Virus record (IMG/VR): IMGVR_UViG_3300042890_002482
Span: 1 to 60,514 of that record
Length of the DNA: 60,514 nucleotides
From: a virus
Lineage: Duplodnaviria; Caudoviricetes
Reading direction: 5' to 3' (one strand)
In this document: piece after piece, positions 56,652-60,514 of the stretch
How positions within the stretch are numbered: the first letter of the stretch is position 1
Layout of the letters: each line of letters opens with the position of its first letter
The notes under the pieces: model-generated
The model's input: the letters and a program-made list of their open reading frames with translations, nothing else
What the model was told of the DNA's origin: nothing
The model's database searches: none
Made by a program: the position numbers and the translations under genes

Positions 56652-57237
56652 AAAAATCGTCCCCTACCTAATCATCGTAGGACTTGTGATTATTATCTTC
56701 TATCAAGAAGGATGTTTCGGCAAGAAGTCCAAAGGAGATGTTTTGAACATCAACGGAAAAAAATATGAGGTGATTAAGCATGAGATCGACACCTTCTACG
56801 AAACTAAGACCCAGACCTTCTACAGGAAGGGCGAGGACATCACCCATGAGGTAGAAGTTGTTAAAGAAATTCCTGCAAACATAGACACTGCTTCGATTCT
56901 GAAAGACTACTATGCTAAAGTTTTCTACAACGACACATTTAGACTAGAAGACACCCTTGGGTTTATCTCGGTTAACGACACAATATCTAAGAACAGAATA
57001 GCAGGAAGAAAATTCAAGTCTTCCATCAATGTTCCTGTCATCAAGGAAACAATCTACTTGAAAGAATTGAGCAGTAATTTCTTTGCTGGTCCTTCTATCC
57101 ACCTAGGTCCTTCCCCTTCAATTGGAGGAGATGTCCAACTTAAGACCAAAAAGGACATGCTATTTGGAATTGGAGCGGGAATGAATTTTAACGCTACCCC
57201 TTACCTTAGAGGATCTGTCAGCTGGAAAATAAAATAA
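56638..57237 (+). CDS. Membrane-anchored protein, spanin-like candidate
   Basis: N-terminal hydrophobic helix IVPYLIIVGLVIIIFY; Gly/aromatic beta-strand C-terminus ending GSVSWKIK. Confidence 0.5.
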   Translation: METLKKIVPYLIIVGLVIIIFYQEGCFGKKSKGDVLNINGKKYEVIKHEIDTFYETKTQTFYRKGEDITHEVEVVKEIPANIDTASILKDYYAKVFYNDTFRLEDTLGFISVNDTISKNRIAGRKFKSSINVPVIKETIYLKELSSNFFAGPSIHLGPSPSIGGDVQLKTKKDMLFGIGAGMNFNATPYLRGSVSWKIK

Positions 57238-57252
57238 AGATTAAAATTTAAG

Positions 57253-59670
57253 ATGGCAACATACACTACCACTTCTAAATATGTACAGTTAACTCCTTAT
57301 CTGGTGATGGAGTACATGTATGCTGACCAACCCAATCCGGAAACATACTTCGTTAACACTGGAAATCCTACGGTTTCTTACGATAAACTGATCAACGGAA
57401 TAATCAAAGGACCTGGCGGAACTGCATCTAACGACGCTCAGATTTTCAACCAGGGTCAGAACTACAGCGTTACCCAGAACACCTCTCTTAACAGTGTGGT
57501 GAAAGTTTCGGACAACAGCTACATTACTCTGGATCCGAACTACATTATTCCCTACAACGACTTTAATCCAAATTTAACCTCTAGTGCAGATCTTCCTGTT
57601 ACCTTTAGCAGCAACTTCAGCATCACCTACGACTCGGTAAGATATCACATTCTTGCTGGTTATAATCTAGGAAATATTGATGGAATTATTCTTGGAGTAG
57701 ATTTCTTAGACGTTGACGGATCTTATGTTACGTTCTCTCAGATCTTCATAGATAGCGGATTTGCAAGTCAATACACTCTAAACCCAAGTCCATTGATGAT
57801 AGGAATTAACTCCTACGACAAGTACTTTGAGGTGAAGGTTCCTAGCTTGCTGTACATGAACAACCAGTACATCAGCTCGCCAACTCCTAGCCTAACCCCT
57901 GCATCGCTTCTTAGTAAGAGCGGGAATGGTTTTGTAGTAGGATCCCCGATGAGAGTCAGAGTCTATGAAGTTCTAAATACAACCCTTACCTCAGGATATG
58001 CAACGTATGGTGCAAATTTAGTTTCCACCCTTTCCCTTGAGTCTGAGGATCCTTTTTCTAATATTGGTGCATTTATTGGTCCAGCCGATACCGGAGACTT
58101 TTTTGAGTTCTTTGGAACCGACAACGGTGGATTCATAGAAGACTTTGTTCTTTTTCAGAACTCGATTGGAAACCAGTACTACATCCAAAACAATATTGAA
58201 GTTCTTGAACTGATCGGAACTGCTCTAGTTCAGACCGCAAATTTCTATACGGTTCAAACCAACGCATATAATATCCCAAACCTGTATAGACCGATTATTA
58301 GAAATGCAGGAGTTGCAGCCTCGTTCACCCTTAGATACACCATGACGCTGGTGAACTCTGCGGACCAATCTAGAGTTACCAGAATTGCCTCTTACACTTC
58401 TAACAACCCTGCTAAATATGGATCTTTCATAGCTCCTCTGCAGCTGCAGAATCTTCCACAGGTTCAGAAGATCTACAATAAGCTGGCAACTCAATCAAAC
58501 ATCACAGTTCCAAATTCAAATCCAACCCCGAGAACTATTATCAAGTATAGTAACGTGTTCTACGAGAGGAGTCTAGTCAATACAACACTAACCAATCTAG
58601 TTGTGAAGGGAAATACAATTACTGCAGCAGATGGAGGAGCAGTTCAGGACCAGACCGTGTACGGGATTGGTCAGGCATACATCTACATCTCTCCTTTTGA
58701 CAGCTACTACAAGTTTACCTTCTATAAGCAGGGAGCAGATGGAAATACCCAGCTGATCGACCTGGAATCTTCGGGAACCTACTACATGGTGTTTCTCAAT
58801 AACAGCAACAAGAAAGTTTCTGCACCTTCGATCGACAACAAGAACATAGCAAATCCATCTAAGGGGGAGCTTGCTTTTAAAGTCTCTGAAACCCTAGCAA
58901 CGGACGTCTTACAGTTCACCAATAGAAAGTATTATATTTCAAATCGGCCCCCCGCTACTACGGATCCCGATGCTATCCAGGACCAGATCCCAACTACAGG
59001 TGCGTTAAACACCGCTCTTGCATCCAGATCGGTAGCTCTCAGCGACTCTTCCAAGGATATTATTTTGGCGGCAAAGCAGATAGATCAAGGTCTAAATGCC
59101 AACGCCCTAACAATCTCTGCAAATTCTTCTTCTGTTCTCTACTGGGGAAGCTGGCTGAAGGAGGGGGAAATCAGACCTTCTGTTGTGACAACTGGATCAA
59201 CAGGTCCCGTTCTTACCGGTCCTGTTAATGCTCAGCCGGTACAGATTCCTATCGAAGCGGTTAATCCAAAGTCTAGCTGGCAGATAGTGGGAAGTACGGA
59301 CACCGTGGTTCCCCTCCCGACCAACCAGAATGCAGGAACTAAAACTAATACCAAGTCTCCTCTGAGTCCAACTGAGCTGAAGTCTGCTATTGCTTCTGCT
59401 GTTCAAGGACAGCTAGTTCAGCAGTGGGCAGTGGAAGACATCATCTCCTACTTCCTAGATCCTACCCAGCCTGGATATAAACTCTATGTGGGAATCACCA
59501 AGCAGATCTTTACAGATGCAGTGACCGGGATCTTCACAGATGCAGATCTAACCATTTTAAATAAGTACGGTAATACCAGAGCAGGCCAAACCAACGGAGG
59601 ACCTGCTGCGAGAAGAGGATCAACGGTAAATCAAACTGGACAGGACAGCGGATCTGCAAATCAACTCTAA
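57253..59670 (+). CDS. Structural protein of unknown function
   Basis: 805-aa T/S/N/Y-rich ORF in the structural cluster. Confidence 0.6.
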   Translation: MATYTTTSKYVQLTPYLVMEYMYADQPNPETYFVNTGNPTVSYDKLINGIIKGPGGTASNDAQIFNQGQNYSVTQNTSLNSVVKVSDNSYITLDPNYIIPYNDFNPNLTSSADLPVTFSSNFSITYDSVRYHILAGYNLGNIDGIILGVDFLDVDGSYVTFSQIFIDSGFASQYTLNPSPLMIGINSYDKYFEVKVPSLLYMNNQYISSPTPSLTPASLLSKSGNGFVVGSPMRVRVYEVLNTTLTSGYATYGANLVSTLSLESEDPFSNIGAFIGPADTGDFFEFFGTDNGGFIEDFVLFQNSIGNQYYIQNNIEVLELIGTALVQTANFYTVQTNAYNIPNLYRPIIRNAGVAASFTLRYTMTLVNSADQSRVTRIASYTSNNPAKYGSFIAPLQLQNLPQVQKIYNKLATQSNITVPNSNPTPRTIIKYSNVFYERSLVNTTLTNLVVKGNTITAADGGAVQDQTVYGIGQAYIYISPFDSYYKFTFYKQGADGNTQLIDLESSGTYYMVFLNNSNKKVSAPSIDNKNIANPSKGELAFKVSETLATDVLQFTNRKYYISNRPPATTDPDAIQDQIPTTGALNTALASRSVALSDSSKDIILAAKQIDQGLNANALTISANSSSVLYWGSWLKEGEIRPSVVTTGSTGPVLTGPVNAQPVQIPIEAVNPKSSWQIVGSTDTVVPLPTNQNAGTKTNTKSPLSPTELKSAIASAVQGQLVQQWAVEDIISYFLDPTQPGYKLYVGITKQIFTDAVTGIFTDADLTILNKYGNTRAGQTNGGPAARRGSTVNQTGQDSGSANQL

Positions 59671-59676
59671 TAAGCT

Positions 59677-60228
59677 ATGATATTAAACGCAAGGGCCAAT
59701 AGTTTTTACTTTGTTTTCCCGAAGGGATTCTTTCCTCCTGGAATTCAGGACAAGTACTTTCAGTATCTGAAGAGTCAGTCGCTTCCCTACGACACTCTGA
59801 CCCAGTTTATGAACAGCACGATTCAGTCCGTTTCATTTCCTTCTCTAGCAGCGGGAAGTGTAACTCAGACTAGACCACTAGGCAAGACTATCACCTACCA
59901 GAGTTCAATTCCAATTCAGAATATGTTCTCCCAGGGATTCAATGTCACCTTCAGAGCAGCGGAAGGATTTACCAACTACTTTGTGATGTTGGAGACAATG
60001 CTAGAGCATCTGAACTTTAAGAGCCCAGATCTATTTGTGGAGAATTTACCCCTGCAGATTCTAGACAACAACGGAAACGTCATCACGACGGTCCAGTTTA
60101 AAGGTGTTACCGTTGCTTCACTTTCTGAGCTGGCTCTGAACTACACTCAGAATGCCCCGACCGCCACGTCTTTCTCCGCTGGATTCAACTACAACTACCT
60201 CTCCATTGATTTGGAAATGGCTAGATAA
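59677..60228 (+). CDS. Tail tube-fold protein (gp19/gp3/gp54-like)
   Basis: IQSVSFPSL, FNVTF, LQILDNNGN...VQFKGV..SLSELALNY...FSAGFNYNY pattern. Confidence 0.75.
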   Translation: MILNARANSFYFVFPKGFFPPGIQDKYFQYLKSQSLPYDTLTQFMNSTIQSVSFPSLAAGSVTQTRPLGKTITYQSSIPIQNMFSQGFNVTFRAAEGFTNYFVMLETMLEHLNFKSPDLFVENLPLQILDNNGNVITTVQFKGVTVASLSELALNYTQNAPTATSFSAGFNYNYLSIDLEMAR

Positions 60229-60232
60229 GTTA

Positions 60233-60240
60233 GATATATA
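60233..60240 (+). promoter_or_regulatory. Putative late promoter motif GATATATA
   Basis: 21 nt upstream of ATG 60262. Confidence 0.6.
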
Positions 60241-60261
60241 GATGACAAATAATAAAAAGAA

Positions 60262-60507
60262 ATGAGAACATTTTCAGAACTAACCAAAATAAACGAGATG
60301 AAATACGGTCAGCCTATGTACGGTAAGAACGACCTAAAGCAACACATGAAGAACACTCTAGTTGCTGCATCTGGAAACGACCAAAGAGTTCTAAACGATC
60401 TAGTTGACTGTCTAACCGACGATCAGATGGAGAAGTGCTACGACAAGCTCGTTAAAGTTTATCAATACACAGGACAAGTAGGACAAGCAGTTGAACCTAA
60501 AATGTAA
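60262..60507 (+). CDS. Small putative internal head protein with T4-like capsid targeting sequence
   Basis: MRTFSELTKINE resembles the N-termini of T4 internal proteins (MKTFKEF / MKTYQEFIAE). Confidence 0.65.
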   Translation: MRTFSELTKINEMKYGQPMYGKNDLKQHMKNTLVAASGNDQRVLNDLVDCLTDDQMEKCYDKLVKVYQYTGQVGQAVEPKM

Positions 60508-60514
60508 TTTCCGC

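Noticed and set aside
2216-59406. The many 60-165 aa alternative-frame and antisense ORFs in the track (e.g. 19254..19748, 15068..15442, 30107..30475)
   Set aside because: They are nested in longer, motif-supported genes, lack leaders or recognisable motifs, and are explained as shadows of codon bias or repeats.
1-60514. Stop-codon reassignment, as in some large phages
   Set aside because: Standard-code ORFs tile the window densely, up to 1976 aa. TAG (39343-39345; minus gene at 9546) and TGA (52828-52830, 56367-56369) act as real stops followed by new genes.
1-60514. tRNA/ncRNA genes, introns, inteins, homing endonucleases
   Set aside because: Intergenic gaps are short (at most about 130 nt) with no cloverleaf seen, and no Hint, LAGLIDADG, HNH or GIY-YIG motifs were recognised. 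A covariance-model scan would be needed to exclude small RNAs fully.

Overview
This is a 60.5-kb, gene-dense segment of a large T4-like (contractile-tailed, probably jumbo) bacteriophage genome, coded almost entirely on the + strand. It opens inside the gp23-like major capsid gene. Next come charged helical proteins with a shared capsid-targeting/protease-like N-terminal motif, a nucleotide kinase plus AsnB-like amidotransferase pair, and a NUDIX cluster. The rest is a long morphogenesis region: tube-fold proteins, gp53/LysM, hub, gp5 spike, gp13 neck, gp25, gp6, a gp7-like wedge, and PKD, beta-propeller and collagen fibres. That region is interrupted by a ribosomal-protein-S1-like gene, an amidoligase-like gene and phoH. 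A Bacteroidota host is inferred from the SD-less A-rich leaders, Reg_prop propellers and D-T-x sequons. The most notable signals are: (1) a G-x-T-G motif scattered through most predicted outer virion proteins but nearly absent from putative internal proteins; (2) a set of T4-CTS-like tagged cargo proteins; (3) two candidate promoter classes, RATA(T/A)ATA and GRAAC-N16/17-STAWAA; (4) an S1-amidoligase-neck operon; (5) a kinase/AsnB pair in a genome that does not appear to avoid CTAG/GATC. All family assignments come from motif recognition by eye; no database searches were run.
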